DNA of 64,000 bases from Anaerovoracaceae bacterium (GCA_963594055.1 CAVBDE010000001.1:10729-74728), one strand, 5' to 3'; shown: positions 37,330-46,186, counted from the first letter of the stretch. The notes: generated by a model from the letters alone, not told the origin. Numbers and translations are program-made.

Positions 37330-37397
37330 CGGCGCGATTCGAACGCGCGACCCACAGCTTAGAAGGCTGTTGCTCTATCCAACTGAGCTACGGAACC
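37324..37397 (-). tRNA. tRNA-Arg (anticodon UCU)
   Basis: A 74-nt cloverleaf read on the minus strand: GGTTCCG-TA-GCTC-AGTTGGATA-GAGC-A-ACAGC-CTTCTAA-GCTGT-GGGTC-GCGCG-TTCGAAT-CGCGC-CGGAATC-A. The anticodon loop carries TCT. No CCA is encoded. Confidence 0.9.
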
Positions 37398-37413
37398 ATC
37401 CGAAAATGGAGTG

Positions 37414-37421
37414 CAAATATA
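37414..37421 (-). promoter_or_regulatory. -7 box TATATTTG (tRNA-Arg)
   Basis: TAnnTTTG match 16 nt upstream of the mature tRNA 5' end. Confidence 0.45.
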
Positions 37422-37444
37422 ACTATAATTTTTAATTATTTGAG

Positions 37445-37452
37445 TAAATTTG
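37445..37452 (+). promoter_or_regulatory. -7 box TAAATTTG (nfnAB)
   Basis: TAnnTTTG match only 8 nt upstream of ATG 37461, implying a very short leader. Confidence 0.45.
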
Positions 37453-37460
37453 CCCCTCGT

Positions 37461-38297
37461 ATGTACTCTATTTTATCCAAGGAGATGCTGACTCCGACTA
37501 TATGCCGGATGAAGGTGTCAGCCCCCAGAATCGCACGCGCGGCCAGGCCGGGGCAGTTTCTTATCGTCATCGCAGACGAGAAAGGGGAGAGAATCCCTCT
37601 TACCATAAGCGACTATGACCAGGAGGCGGGAACGGTTACGATAGTAACCCAGAAAGTCGGTGCTTCCACCACCAGAATCGTGGCTATGGAGTCCGGTGAA
37701 GCCTTCCACGATGTGGTCGGTCCGCTTGGCAAGTGTTCCGAATTCACAGAGCTGGACGATGACGCCCTTCGCGGCAGGAGCTATATCTTTATCGCCGGAG
37801 GCGTCGGTACGGCCCCCATTTATCCGCAGGCCAAGTGGCTGCACGCTCACGGCGCGCACGTGGAGGTGATAATCGGCGCGCGTAACGAAAGCCTGCTGAT
37901 TTACAGAAAGGAGATGGAGTCGGTATGCGACAAGCTGCACATCTGCACCGACGACGGCTCTGTCGGATTCCACGGCGTGGGCACGGCTCTTCTGGAAAAA
38001 CTCGTCAGCGAAGGTGCGCAGTACGACCAGGCAGTCGCCATCGGCCCTATGATAATGATGAAATTCGCCACCCTGGCCTGCCGCAAGCTCGGCATTCCTG
38101 TCGTGGTGAGCCTTAATACTTTGATGGTGGACGGCACCGGAATGTGCGGCGCCTGCAGGGTAAGCGTGGGCGGACAGACCAAATTCGCCTGTATGGACGG
38201 GCCGGAATTTGACGGATATCTGGTGGATTTTGATGAGGCTATGCGCCGTCAGGGACAATACAGGGCAGAGGAGGCTGCAGCTAAAGAGAAATGTTGA
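37461..38297 (+). CDS. nfnA: NfnA/SudB-like FAD/[2Fe-2S] oxidoreductase subunit (dihydroorotate dehydrogenase electron-transfer-subunit fold)
   Basis: MYSILSKEML...GQFLIVIADEKGERIPLTI, IAGGVGTAP, C-terminal CGACRV...FACMDGPEF cluster. The track start at 37323 runs through the tRNA gene and was rejected. Confidence 0.85.
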   Translation: MYSILSKEMLTPTICRMKVSAPRIARAARPGQFLIVIADEKGERIPLTISDYDQEAGTVTIVTQKVGASTTRIVAMESGEAFHDVVGPLGKCSEFTELDDDALRGRSYIFIAGGVGTAPIYPQAKWLHAHGAHVEVIIGARNESLLIYRKEMESVCDKLHICTDDGSVGFHGVGTALLEKLVSEGAQYDQAVAIGPMIMMKFATLACRKLGIPVVVSLNTLMVDGTGMCGACRVSVGGQTKFACMDGPEFDGYLVDFDEAMRRQGQYRAEEAAAKEKC

Positions 38298-39676
38298 CAT
38301 CGCGTATCAAGGCAGGTGAGCAGGATCCGAAGGTCCGCGCTCACAATTTCGATGAAGTCAATCAGGGATTCACCCTGGAACAGGCCCGGCAGGAGGCTTC
38401 AAGGTGCCTTCACTGCAAGAACCCGCGCTGCGTGGGCGCCTGTCCTGTAGGGATAAACATTCCGGAATTCATAGCACGGATAAAGGAAGGTCAGATAGCG
38501 GGTGCGGCTGAGGTTATAGCCCGCGACTCGTCGCTTCCGGCAGTGTGCGGAAGGGTGTGTCCGCAGGAGAGGCAGTGCGAAGGCAGCTGCGTGCTTGGCA
38601 TCAAGGGCGAAAGCGTGTCCATCGGCAATCTGGAGCGTTTTGCGGCCGATTACTGCGCCGAGAACGGGTGCGAGCCGAAGGTGGAGATCGAGCATCAGGC
38701 CAAACCGGTCAAGGTGGCAGTCGTGGGGTCCGGTCCTTCCGGGCTTGCGTGCGCCGGCGATCTGGCCAGGTGGGGATATGAAGTCACCGTGTTCGAGGCA
38801 CTGCACAGGCTCGGTGGCGTATTGGCATACGGCATACCGGAATTCCGCCTTCCGAAGGACACCGTGCTCGCGCGTGAGATAGAGTCTCTGCGGGCGCTGG
38901 GCGTGAAGTTCGAGACAAACGTCATCATCGGCAGGACCCTTACCATCGACGACCTGTTCGACCGGGAGGGATTCAGAGCCGTGTTCGTGGGGAGCGGCGC
39001 GGGTCTGCCGAAGTTTATGGGCATTCCGGGCGAGAACCTGAACGGCGTCTTTTCTGCCAATGAATTTCTGACGCGCAACAACCTTATGCGCGCCTACCGT
39101 GAGGACTATATGACACCGGTCCACATCGGGAAGCGGGTGTGCGTGGTCGGCGGCGGCAATGTCGCGATGGATGCGGCCAGAACGGCCCTCAGACTTGGCG
39201 CGGACGTGCACATCGTGTACAGAAGAACCCAGGCTGAACTGCCCGCACGTCACGAGGAGGTCGAGCACGCCATCGCCGAAGGGATAGTTTTCGATATGCT
39301 GACCAATCCTGTCGGGATCCTGGGGGACGAGACCGGGTCCGTGCGCGCGCTGCGCTGCATCAGGATGGAACTCGGCGAGATGGACGAGAGCGGGCGCCGC
39401 AGCCCTGTGCCTGTGGAAGGATCGGAATTCGAACTGGAGACCGACACCGTGATAATGGCTCTCGGCACTTCGCCCAACCCTTTGATAGTAAGTACCACAG
39501 ATGGGCTTGAGGCCAATCGTCGCGGCGGAATCATCGCCTCGGAGGACGGTGCCACCACCCGCCCCGGAGTGTTCGCAGGAGGGGACGCCGTGACCGGAGC
39601 GGCCACAGTGATCCTCGCGATGGGCGCGGGACGCAAGGCTGCTGCCGCCATAAAGGCTTATCTTACTGAATCTTAA
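38291..39676 (+). CDS. nfnB: NfnB/SudA-like, GltD-type NADPH-dependent oxidoreductase (glutamate synthase small-chain family)
   Basis: CLHCKNPRCVGACP, CGRVCPQERQCEGSC, VAVVGSGPSGLACAGDL and VVGGGNVAMD dinucleotide folds. The start overlaps the nfnA stop. Confidence 0.88.
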   Translation: MLTSRIKAGEQDPKVRAHNFDEVNQGFTLEQARQEASRCLHCKNPRCVGACPVGINIPEFIARIKEGQIAGAAEVIARDSSLPAVCGRVCPQERQCEGSCVLGIKGESVSIGNLERFAADYCAENGCEPKVEIEHQAKPVKVAVVGSGPSGLACAGDLARWGYEVTVFEALHRLGGVLAYGIPEFRLPKDTVLAREIESLRALGVKFETNVIIGRTLTIDDLFDREGFRAVFVGSGAGLPKFMGIPGENLNGVFSANEFLTRNNLMRAYREDYMTPVHIGKRVCVVGGGNVAMDAARTALRLGADVHIVYRRTQAELPARHEEVEHAIAEGIVFDMLTNPVGILGDETGSVRALRCIRMELGEMDESGRRSPVPVEGSEFELETDTVIMALGTSPNPLIVSTTDGLEANRRGGIIASEDGATTRPGVFAGGDAVTGAATVILAMGAGRKAAAAIKAYLTES

Positions 39677-40646
39677 TCTTCTTTTGGGAAGAAATCATGG
39701 AGATCGCGCCAAGTGCCGCAAGCATTATGGCTCGTGTTTCGTGCGTAAGGGTGGCGAACAGGATCCCTATCTCCCATTCCGCCCCGTAAAGCGTGGACAG
39801 GGCCACGGCTACGGCGTAGTGATAGGCTCCGAACCCGCCCGGTACCGGCAGGAGTGATGACAGATTCCCGACCACCGAGATGAACAGCGCGTCAGTGAAA
39901 TCGAGCCCCGAGAGCACCGGGATGGCTCTGAACACGCAGAAGCACATCATCACATAGGATATCCAGATGCCGACGGTATAGAGAATGAACAGCGTTTTGT
40001 GCTCAGCTTTGCCGAAGGTCTTGAACCCTTCGAATATGCCTTCCGTCCATCCTGCGATTTTCCCCGCCACGACATTGCGGTCCCTGAACTTGAAGCAGAG
40101 GAAAATCAGCAGCGCGGCAATGGCGACCACCGCTATGAGTATCCCTGTAAGGCTCAGGCTGAACCTGCCGGCGACCCTTTTCGCGATGTTGTCGATGAAC
40201 CACTGCGCTATCTCCCCGGATTTCAGGATTATGGCCAGGATAATGAGAATCAGCACCATAAGCATATCCCAGGCGCGTTCCATAATGATGGTGCCCACGG
40301 TCTTGTCGTAAGGAGTCTTCTTGTCCGTCACGACCCCGCACCTTACCAGAAAGCTCATCCACGGGATGACCAGACTGAACAGATTGCCGATGCTGCAGGC
40401 GTCCCAGAGGTCCTTCCGCCTGACCTCCCCGTTGATGGGAAGCATCAGCGCGCGCCACCTCTCGGTTCTGAATACCAGTGCCAGGAACGCGAATGCCAAT
40501 GACCCCGTGACCCATCCCCAGGACGTGTCGCCGAGCGCCCTTGTGAACACTCCCCAGTCCATCCCGCGCAGGGCCAGATACACCAGCACTACGGTAAGCG
40601 CGGCGACCAGGACATATTTTAGAATATTGAGCGTCTTCTTCTTCAC
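39663..40646 (-). CDS. polytopic membrane protein, lysylphosphatidylglycerol-synthase TM-region (UPF0104/flippase-like) family
   Basis: About 8 TM helices, with PVPGGFGAYHY near the C-terminus. GTG start (MKKKTLNIL) lies 9 nt below a -7 box. Its 3' end overlaps nfnB by 14 nt. Confidence 0.7.
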   Translation of the reverse strand: MKKKTLNILKYVLVAALTVVLVYLALRGMDWGVFTRALGDTSWGWVTGSLAFAFLALVFRTERWRALMLPINGEVRRKDLWDACSIGNLFSLVIPWMSFLVRCGVVTDKKTPYDKTVGTIIMERAWDMLMVLILIILAIILKSGEIAQWFIDNIAKRVAGRFSLSLTGILIAVVAIAALLIFLCFKFRDRNVVAGKIAGWTEGIFEGFKTFGKAEHKTLFILYTVGIWISYVMMCFCVFRAIPVLSGLDFTDALFISVVGNLSSLLPVPGGFGAYHYAVAVALSTLYGAEWEIGILFATLTHETRAIMLAALGAISMISSQKKIKIQ

Positions 40647-40654
40647 AGCGGCTG

Positions 40655-40662
40655 CAAATTTA
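40655..40662 (-). promoter_or_regulatory. -7 box TAAATTTG (UPF0104 membrane protein gene)
   Basis: TAnnTTTG match 8 nt upstream of GTG 40646. Confidence 0.4.
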
Positions 40663-40676
40663 ACATAAATTTTATG

Positions 40677-40684
40677 TACTTTTG
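40677..40684 (+). promoter_or_regulatory. -7 box TACTTTTG (pfkB / unknown ORF / DUF368 unit)
   Basis: TAnnTTTG match 7 nt before ATG 40692 and 19 nt before ATG 40704. Confidence 0.4.
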
Positions 40685-40703
40685 TTTCTTAATGACAAAT
40701 GCG

Positions 40704-41699
40704 ATGAAATCAATACTTGGAATGGGCAACGCCCTGACAGACATTCTGGCTGTCCTCCCCGATGATACACTTCTGAAGACTTTCCACCTGCCCAAGGGCA
40801 GTATGCAGCACGTGGACAAGGAGACCGGCGAGAAGATTCTTCAGGCCCTCAAGCCTTACGGTGTGAAGTACGTGGCGGGGGGCAGTGCGGCCAATACCAT
40901 CTCCTGCACGTCGCGTTTCGGGATGCCTTCCTATTTCATCGGCAAGGTTGGCGATGACGAACTTGGCCATCTGTTCCAGAGCGATCAGGAGGAGGCCGGT
41001 GTGAACACTCTGCTCCTGAAGAGCAAGCACTCCAGCGGGCGCTGTATGGTGTTCGTCAGCGGAGGCAACGCCGAGCGCACGTTCGCCGATTATATGGGTG
41101 CGACCCTGGATTTCGGTCCGGACGATCTCAAACTCGAATATTTCCAGGGTAGGGATTATTTTCATATAGAAGGTTATCTGGTTCAGAACCAGTTTCTTAT
41201 AAGGCGCGCGGTCGAATTGGCCCGTGAGGCGGGATGCATCATCTCCATAGATATGGCTTCGTACAATGTCGTCGAGAGCAACAACGCTTTCCTTCACGAC
41301 ATCGTCGACAAATATGTGGACATAGTGTTCTCGAACGAGTCCGAGGCCAGGGCTTTCACGAAAATCGACGACCCGGAGGAGGCGCTTGACGAGATCTCCC
41401 GTTACTGCACCACGGCCATAGTCAAGGTCGGCAAGAACGGCTCGTGGGTCAAGTCCGGGGATGAGGAATACCAGATTCCCGCCTGGCCGGCCGATCCTGT
41501 GGACGCCACCGGAGCGGGGGACACCTATGCCGCCGGCTTCCTCTATGCCCATTCCCTGGGTATGCCGCTCAAGGTCTGCGGGGAGATTGGCTCGATCATC
41601 GCGGCCAAGGTGGTGGAAGTGGTCGGCACGAAGATGGACGTGAACCGCTGGAGGCAGGCCGAGGCTGAGATTAACGAACTGATAAGCAGAAATGAGTAA
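40704..41699 (+). CDS. PfkB-family kinase (adenosine kinase-like)
   Basis: MKSILGMGNALTDIL, GGSAANT and DATGAGDTYAAGFLY motifs. The track start at 40674 lies upstream of the -7 box (40677-40684), so ATG 40704 (or 40692) is preferred. Confidence 0.85.
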   Translation: MKSILGMGNALTDILAVLPDDTLLKTFHLPKGSMQHVDKETGEKILQALKPYGVKYVAGGSAANTISCTSRFGMPSYFIGKVGDDELGHLFQSDQEEAGVNTLLLKSKHSSGRCMVFVSGGNAERTFADYMGATLDFGPDDLKLEYFQGRDYFHIEGYLVQNQFLIRRAVELAREAGCIISIDMASYNVVESNNAFLHDIVDKYVDIVFSNESEARAFTKIDDPEEALDEISRYCTTAIVKVGKNGSWVKSGDEEYQIPAWPADPVDATGAGDTYAAGFLYAHSLGMPLKVCGEIGSIIAAKVVEVVGTKMDVNRWRQAEAEINELISRNE

Positions 41700-42213
41700 T
41701 GTTTTTGTCAACATAAGGCGCTCGCTTTCCATTTTGTGTCACCGCTCGAAGACCCCGCACTGCATGTGCCCGATCTCGAAATGTCCGCGGGTCACGGTCT
41801 TTATGGATGCGACCGAAGGCTCGGCCCAGAAGTGCGCCGATGCCGTCAACGCCTTTTTCGCCGGATACAAGGTAAACTTGAGGATATTCGCCCTCAATGC
41901 GCAGAAAAAATCGACGCTTCCGGCCATTTCCGGAGTCACGATGCTGCTGCGCAGGGATCTCAGATGGTTCGGCCGGCCGAAGCGCACCCGCAGACATCCT
42001 TCGGTGGACGGGAAGGAGGACCTTTTCATCAACCTCTGTCCCCAGGCCAATTTCACGGCGCATTACTGCGCGCTCTGCTCGAAGGCCCACTTCAAGGTCG
42101 GAAGGTATTCCACGAAGAACGGCCTGTATGACATAGAGGTGTCCAACACCGACAATTACCTGCAGTCACAGATATTTGCACAGATAAGTTCCATAATAGC
42201 TTCAATCGTATGA
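41692..42213 (+). CDS. hypothetical protein (no function assignable)
   Basis: This is the only frame that exactly bridges its neighbours: ATG 41692 overlaps the pfkB stop, and the stop forms ATGA with the next start at 42210. Amino-acid composition is protein-like, unlike the Arg/Pro/Gly-rich alternative frames. An internal start at Met38 is possible. Confidence 0.6.
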   Translation: MSNVFVNIRRSLSILCHRSKTPHCMCPISKCPRVTVFMDATEGSAQKCADAVNAFFAGYKVNLRIFALNAQKKSTLPAISGVTMLLRRDLRWFGRPKRTRRHPSVDGKEDLFINLCPQANFTAHYCALCSKAHFKVGRYSTKNGLYDIEVSNTDNYLQSQIFAQISSIIASIV

Positions 42214-43070
42214 AACCGTTTCTCTCCACAGCCCTGAAGGGATTTGCAATGGGCATCGCGAATGTTGTGCCGGGTGTTTCGGGCGGAACCATCGCTCTGA
42301 TCACCGGTATTTATTCACGCCTGGTGGCCTGCATAAGCGCCTTCGCCACGCCAAGCATCTGGAAGGAATTTTTCCGTGGTAATTTAAAGTCGTGGTGGCA
42401 GAAGGTGGACGGGTCGTTCCTTGCAGCGATTTTTGTGGGTCTTGCTGTCAGCATCCTTACCTTTGCCAAGGTCGTCACGTGGTCTCTGGTGGAATATCCG
42501 GTGGTCACCTGGGCTTTCTTCTTCGGGCTCATCATCGTGTCCACTGCTGATATGCTTTATGACATAAAGGCTTGGAAGATAAAGGATTTTCTGTTCATCC
42601 TCATCGGATTCGGCCTGGGATTGGCATTCTGCTTTCTCACTCCGACACAGACTCCGCAGACAGGGTGGTTCTATTTCGTGAGCGGGGCCATAGCCATCTG
42701 CACGATGATTCTGCCGGGAGTGTCCGGAAGCTTCCTGCTTCAGATATTCGGGAACTACGACATCGTGATGGCATCTCTCGATGTGGCGGACATCAACTGG
42801 TCTGTACTGCTGCCGTTCGCGTTCGGGTGTCTGGTGGGCATCATAGCGTTCTCCAAGTTTCTGAAGTGGCTGCTGGCTCATTATGAGAGGCCTACGATGA
42901 TACTTCTCCTGGGATTTGTGATAGGCACCCTCCTGAAGGTGTGGCCGTGGGCTGACGCAGAGGCGGTGCAGCAGGCGGGGCACGGACTTCAGATTCTGCC
43001 GGCCATAGTGGCCATGCTCCTGGGCGGGGCTCTGGTGGCTCTCATACAGAAACTTTCGAAGAAGGCATAA
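42210..43070 (+). CDS. DUF368-family membrane protein (family implicated in undecaprenyl-phosphate translocation, PopT-like)
   Basis: GFAMGIANVVPGVSGGTIALITGIY and a second ILPGVSGSFLL repeat, characteristic of DUF368. About 8 TM helices. Confidence 0.8.
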   Translation: MKPFLSTALKGFAMGIANVVPGVSGGTIALITGIYSRLVACISAFATPSIWKEFFRGNLKSWWQKVDGSFLAAIFVGLAVSILTFAKVVTWSLVEYPVVTWAFFFGLIIVSTADMLYDIKAWKIKDFLFILIGFGLGLAFCFLTPTQTPQTGWFYFVSGAIAICTMILPGVSGSFLLQIFGNYDIVMASLDVADINWSVLLPFAFGCLVGIIAFSKFLKWLLAHYERPTMILLLGFVIGTLLKVWPWADAEAVQQAGHGLQILPAIVAMLLGGALVALIQKLSKKA

Positions 43071-43142
43071 TATACCGGCGCGTGCGGAAAATGCAGGATG
43101 CCGCCCGTGCCGTCAAACAGAAGATCCTGCGGATTTTGAGTT

Positions 43143-43610
43143 ATGTCATTGAACAAAGTAATGTTGATCGGTAACGTGGGAGGTGATCCGAATGTCCGTT
43201 ACCTTGAGGGAAATGCCAAAGTGGCATCGTTTACTCTTGCTACCACTGAACGTTTCAAGGACCGCAGCGGCGAGCAGAGGGAGAACACCGAGTGGCACAA
43301 CATCGTAGCCTGGAGAAGTACCGCCGATGTTGTGGAGAACTATGTAAAGAAGGGTACGCAACTCTATGTGGAGGGCAAGATCCGCACCCGCAATTATGTT
43401 GACCAGTCAGGTGTCAAGAAGTACGTGACTGAGATCGTGGCTGATTCCATTCAGCTTCTCGGAAGAAAGAGCGACGACGCCGGTGCATCCGCACCTGTTC
43501 ACAGCGCACCTTCACAGGCCCAGGCTCCAGCTCCTGCAGCCGCTCCGAAGCCGGTTTATGAGGCTCCGACCCCGGCAGTGGAGGAAGGAACTGACGATCT
43601 TCCGTTCTAA
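43143..43610 (+). CDS. ssb: single-stranded DNA-binding protein
   Basis: MSLNKVMLIGNVGGDP...TEWHNIVAW OB fold, Pro/Ala/Gln-rich linker, acidic tail EEGTDDLPF. Confidence 0.95.
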   Translation: MSLNKVMLIGNVGGDPNVRYLEGNAKVASFTLATTERFKDRSGEQRENTEWHNIVAWRSTADVVENYVKKGTQLYVEGKIRTRNYVDQSGVKKYVTEIVADSIQLLGRKSDDAGASAPVHSAPSQAQAPAPAAAPKPVYEAPTPAVEEGTDDLPF

Positions 43611-43619
43611 ACCGGCAGG

Positions 43620-44276
43620 TCAGCCGAGCATCTTCTCCACCAGCGGGGTGGTGATCTTCATGCAGAGACCGATGAAGACGGCCAGTATCAGCGTGCCCCA
43701 TCCTATGATGGGCTGGCCGTCAGGCCCGAGGATGTTCCCGAAGAACGCCCAGCACATCAGCGCCGCTATCACCAGGATGGTGCAGTCCATCTTGATCTTG
43801 TTGTCGCTGAATTCTCCTCCCCAGGCCATTCCTATGGCTCGTACAGTCATATCGGCCGGCAGCATCCACGCGCCGCTTTTCACCTCCATCGAGATGCCCA
43901 GCGCCTGAATGACGATGGACAGCAGAACGAATATGATCACGCCCGCCATTCCGTCGGGCGTGAAGTTTATGGCGTCGAACAGAAGGTTGAACAGGTCTAT
44001 CATCAGGCCCAGCAGGGCATTGGCCAATACCTGAAGAAGGTCCAGAGGTTTGAATCTGCGCCCGAGGATGATGAACTGGAACAGCACGCAGAGCATAAAG
44101 AACGAGGTGTTCGTGATGCCGAGCGGGATGCCCGTACGGGCGGAGATCGCATAGCCGGGAGCGTTGAGGACGGAGATGCCCAGATTGGCTTTGACGGAAA
44201 AGACGATGCCCAGGGCCACAAGGCACAGGCCGAGGGTGGCGAAGCTGTACCGGAAGAGGAGGTTTTTCGAATTCAT
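43620..44276 (-). CDS. integral membrane protein (YczE/DUF6198-like, about 6 TM)
   Basis: Hydrophobic profile. The ATG sits 4 nt after a -7 box G. Family assignment is from memory only. Confidence 0.6.
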   Translation of the reverse strand: MNSKNLLFRYSFATLGLCLVALGIVFSVKANLGISVLNAPGYAISARTGIPLGITNTSFFMLCVLFQFIILGRRFKPLDLLQVLANALLGLMIDLFNLLFDAINFTPDGMAGVIIFVLLSIVIQALGISMEVKSGAWMLPADMTVRAIGMAWGGEFSDNKIKMDCTILVIAALMCWAFFGNILGPDGQPIIGWGTLILAVFIGLCMKITTPLVEKMLG

Positions 44277-44280
44277 ATTG

Positions 44281-44288
44281 CAAAAATA
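44281..44288 (-). promoter_or_regulatory. -7 box TATTTTTG (YczE-like membrane protein gene)
   Basis: TAnnTTTG match. Only 4 nt separate its G from ATG 44276, so the mRNA is likely leaderless. Confidence 0.4.
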
Positions 44289-44300
44289 CGAAAGAATTCG

Positions 44301-44308
44301 TACATTTG
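44301..44308 (+). promoter_or_regulatory. -7 box TACATTTG (rpsA)
   Basis: TAnnTTTG match 90 nt upstream of the rpsA ATG, followed by an AT-rich leader. Confidence 0.45.
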
Positions 44309-44398
44309 CCCGCTTTTGTACGTCGAGTGTGCCCAGGCACCGGGGGCGTCGGGTTTAGTATTTATTGTTTAACCATTTAAATTATTGTTTTACCAGTT

Positions 44399-46186
44399 AT
44401 GGCAGAAACAAACGAGACCGCTCGTCTTAACGCTTCCGTAGCTCCCGATCAGTTCGACTGGGAGGCATTCGAGGAAGGAACAGTTTACGGCGGTGAAGAC
44501 AAAAAAGCCATCGAACAGGCTTACGACGCCACTCTCAAGAAAGTAGTTGAGAACGATGTCGTAGAGGGAGAAGTTACAGAGATCAACAAGCGCGAAGTCG
44601 TCGTATCCATCGGCGGCAAGAGCGAAGGCGTCATCAACGCTGTGGATTTCCGTTATAATCCTGACCTTAAGGTAGGTGACAAGGTAGAAGTATTTATCGA
44701 ATCGGCTGAGGACAAGAAAGGCCAGCTCGTTCTTTCACACAGGAAGGCGCGCGCACTCAAGTCCTGGGACCGTGTCGTAGAGGCATTCGAGAAGGAAGAG
44801 ATCGTCAAGGGTTACGTGAAGACACGTACGAAGGGCGGTATGATCGTGGATGTTTTCGGCATCGAGGCATTCCTTCCGGGCAGCCAGATCGACATCAAGC
44901 CTATCCGCGACTATGATCAGTTCGTCAACCAGACCATAGATTTCAAGATCGTGAAGATCAATCCTGATTTCCGCAACGTAGTGGTATCTCACAAGGCGCT
45001 TCTCGAGGCAGAGCAGGAGCAGAAGAGAGCTGAGCTTATCGGCAAGCTCGAGAAAGGCCAGGTTCTCGAAGGTGAGGTCAAGAACATCACCAACTACGGT
45101 GTATTCGTCGATCTCGGCGGTGTGGACGGTCTTATCCATATCACTGACCTCTCATGGGGACGTATCAACCATCCTGAGGAGATCGTCAAGCTCGGCGACA
45201 AGATCAAGGTCGTCGTTCTGGACTTCAACGAGCAGCAGAAGAGAATCGCTCTCGGACTCAAGCAGCTTACCCCGCATCCTTGGGATACGCTCAATCCTGA
45301 CCTCAAGGTCGGCGACAGAGTCAAGGGCAAGGTCATCCTTATCGCTGACTACGGCGCATTCGTGGAGATCGAGCCGGGCGTAGAGGGACTTGTACACGTG
45401 TCAGAGATGTCATGGAGCACACGTCTTCACTCAGCACAGGATTTCCTCAAGGTAGGTGACGAGGTAGAGGCTCAGGTTCTTACACTTGACCGCGAGGCCC
45501 GCAAGATGTCACTTGGCATCAAGCAGCTCACCCCTAACCCTTGGGACGAGATCGAGACCAAATACCCTGTCGGCAGCAAGCACACCGCTACCGTACGCAA
45601 CATCACAAGCTTCGGCGTATTCGCTCAGCTTGAGGACAGCGTAGAGGGACTCATCCACATCAGCGATCTGAGCTGGAACAAGATCAAGCATCCTTCAGAG
45701 CTCGTCTCTGTCGGTGACCCTATCGAGGTCGTCATCCTTGATTTCGACGAGGCCAACCACAGACTCAGCCTCGGCCACAAGCAGCTCACTCCTAATCCTT
45801 GGGATGAGATCGAGAAGAAGTTCCCTGCAGGTACGCTCGTACAGGGCAAGGTAGCTTCCACCACAGACAAGGGTGCCAATATCGCCATCGAGGGTTCAGA
45901 TGTTGAAGGCTTCTGCTTCAACCGTGAACTCGTGAAGGAAGACGGCAAGCAGGCTGTAGCCGGCGAGGTTCTTCCGTTCAAGGTCGTTGAGCTCCGCCGC
46001 AGCACACACAGCGTGCTCCTGAGCCACTTGCGTACATACCAGGAGGTTAAGGAGAAGGCCGTAGCCGCTGAAGCTGAGAACACGAAGAAGGCAGTCAAGA
46101 AGGTCAATGCCAATGTGGAGAAGACCACTCTCGGTGACATCGACGCTCTGGCAGCCCTCAAGAGCAAACTCGAGAAAGGCGAATAA
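44399..46186 (+). CDS. rpsA: 30S ribosomal protein S1
   Basis: Six S1 repeats (G.V....G..V.....G..G..H.S type, e.g. GEVKNITNYGVFVDLGGVDGLIHITDLSW). 595 aa. Confidence 0.95.
   Translation: MAETNETARLNASVAPDQFDWEAFEEGTVYGGEDKKAIEQAYDATLKKVVENDVVEGEVTEINKREVVVSIGGKSEGVINAVDFRYNPDLKVGDKVEVFIESAEDKKGQLVLSHRKARALKSWDRVVEAFEKEEIVKGYVKTRTKGGMIVDVFGIEAFLPGSQIDIKPIRDYDQFVNQTIDFKIVKINPDFRNVVVSHKALLEAEQEQKRAELIGKLEKGQVLEGEVKNITNYGVFVDLGGVDGLIHITDLSWGRINHPEEIVKLGDKIKVVVLDFNEQQKRIALGLKQLTPHPWDTLNPDLKVGDRVKGKVILIADYGAFVEIEPGVEGLVHVSEMSWSTRLHSAQDFLKVGDEVEAQVLTLDREARKMSLGIKQLTPNPWDEIETKYPVGSKHTATVRNITSFGVFAQLEDSVEGLIHISDLSWNKIKHPSELVSVGDPIEVVILDFDEANHRLSLGHKQLTPNPWDEIEKKFPAGTLVQGKVASTTDKGANIAIEGSDVEGFCFNRELVKEDGKQAVAGEVLPFKVVELRRSTHSVLLSHLRTYQEVKEKAVAAEAENTKKAVKKVNANVEKTTLGDIDALAALKSKLEKGE

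Noticed and set aside
37323-37460. The ORF-track start at 37323 extends the nfnA-like protein by 46 aa.
   Set aside because: The extension is the reverse complement of the tRNA-Arg gene plus the AT-rich promoter spacer. A -7 box at 37445-37452 precedes ATG 37461.
41671-42131. Alternative frames in the unknown-ORF region: 41736-42131(+), 41671-42090(-) and 41739-42056(-).
   Set aside because: Their translations are Arg/Pro/Gly-rich. Their ends do not mesh with neighbouring genes, whereas the 41692-42213 frame overlaps both neighbours in coupling-type junctions.
43093-43137. Weak inverted repeat GCAGGAT...ATCCTGC followed by GGATTTT between DUF368 and ssb, as a possible terminator or operator.
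   Set aside because: It has only a 7-bp stem with a 23-nt loop and a poor U-tract, which is too weak to call.
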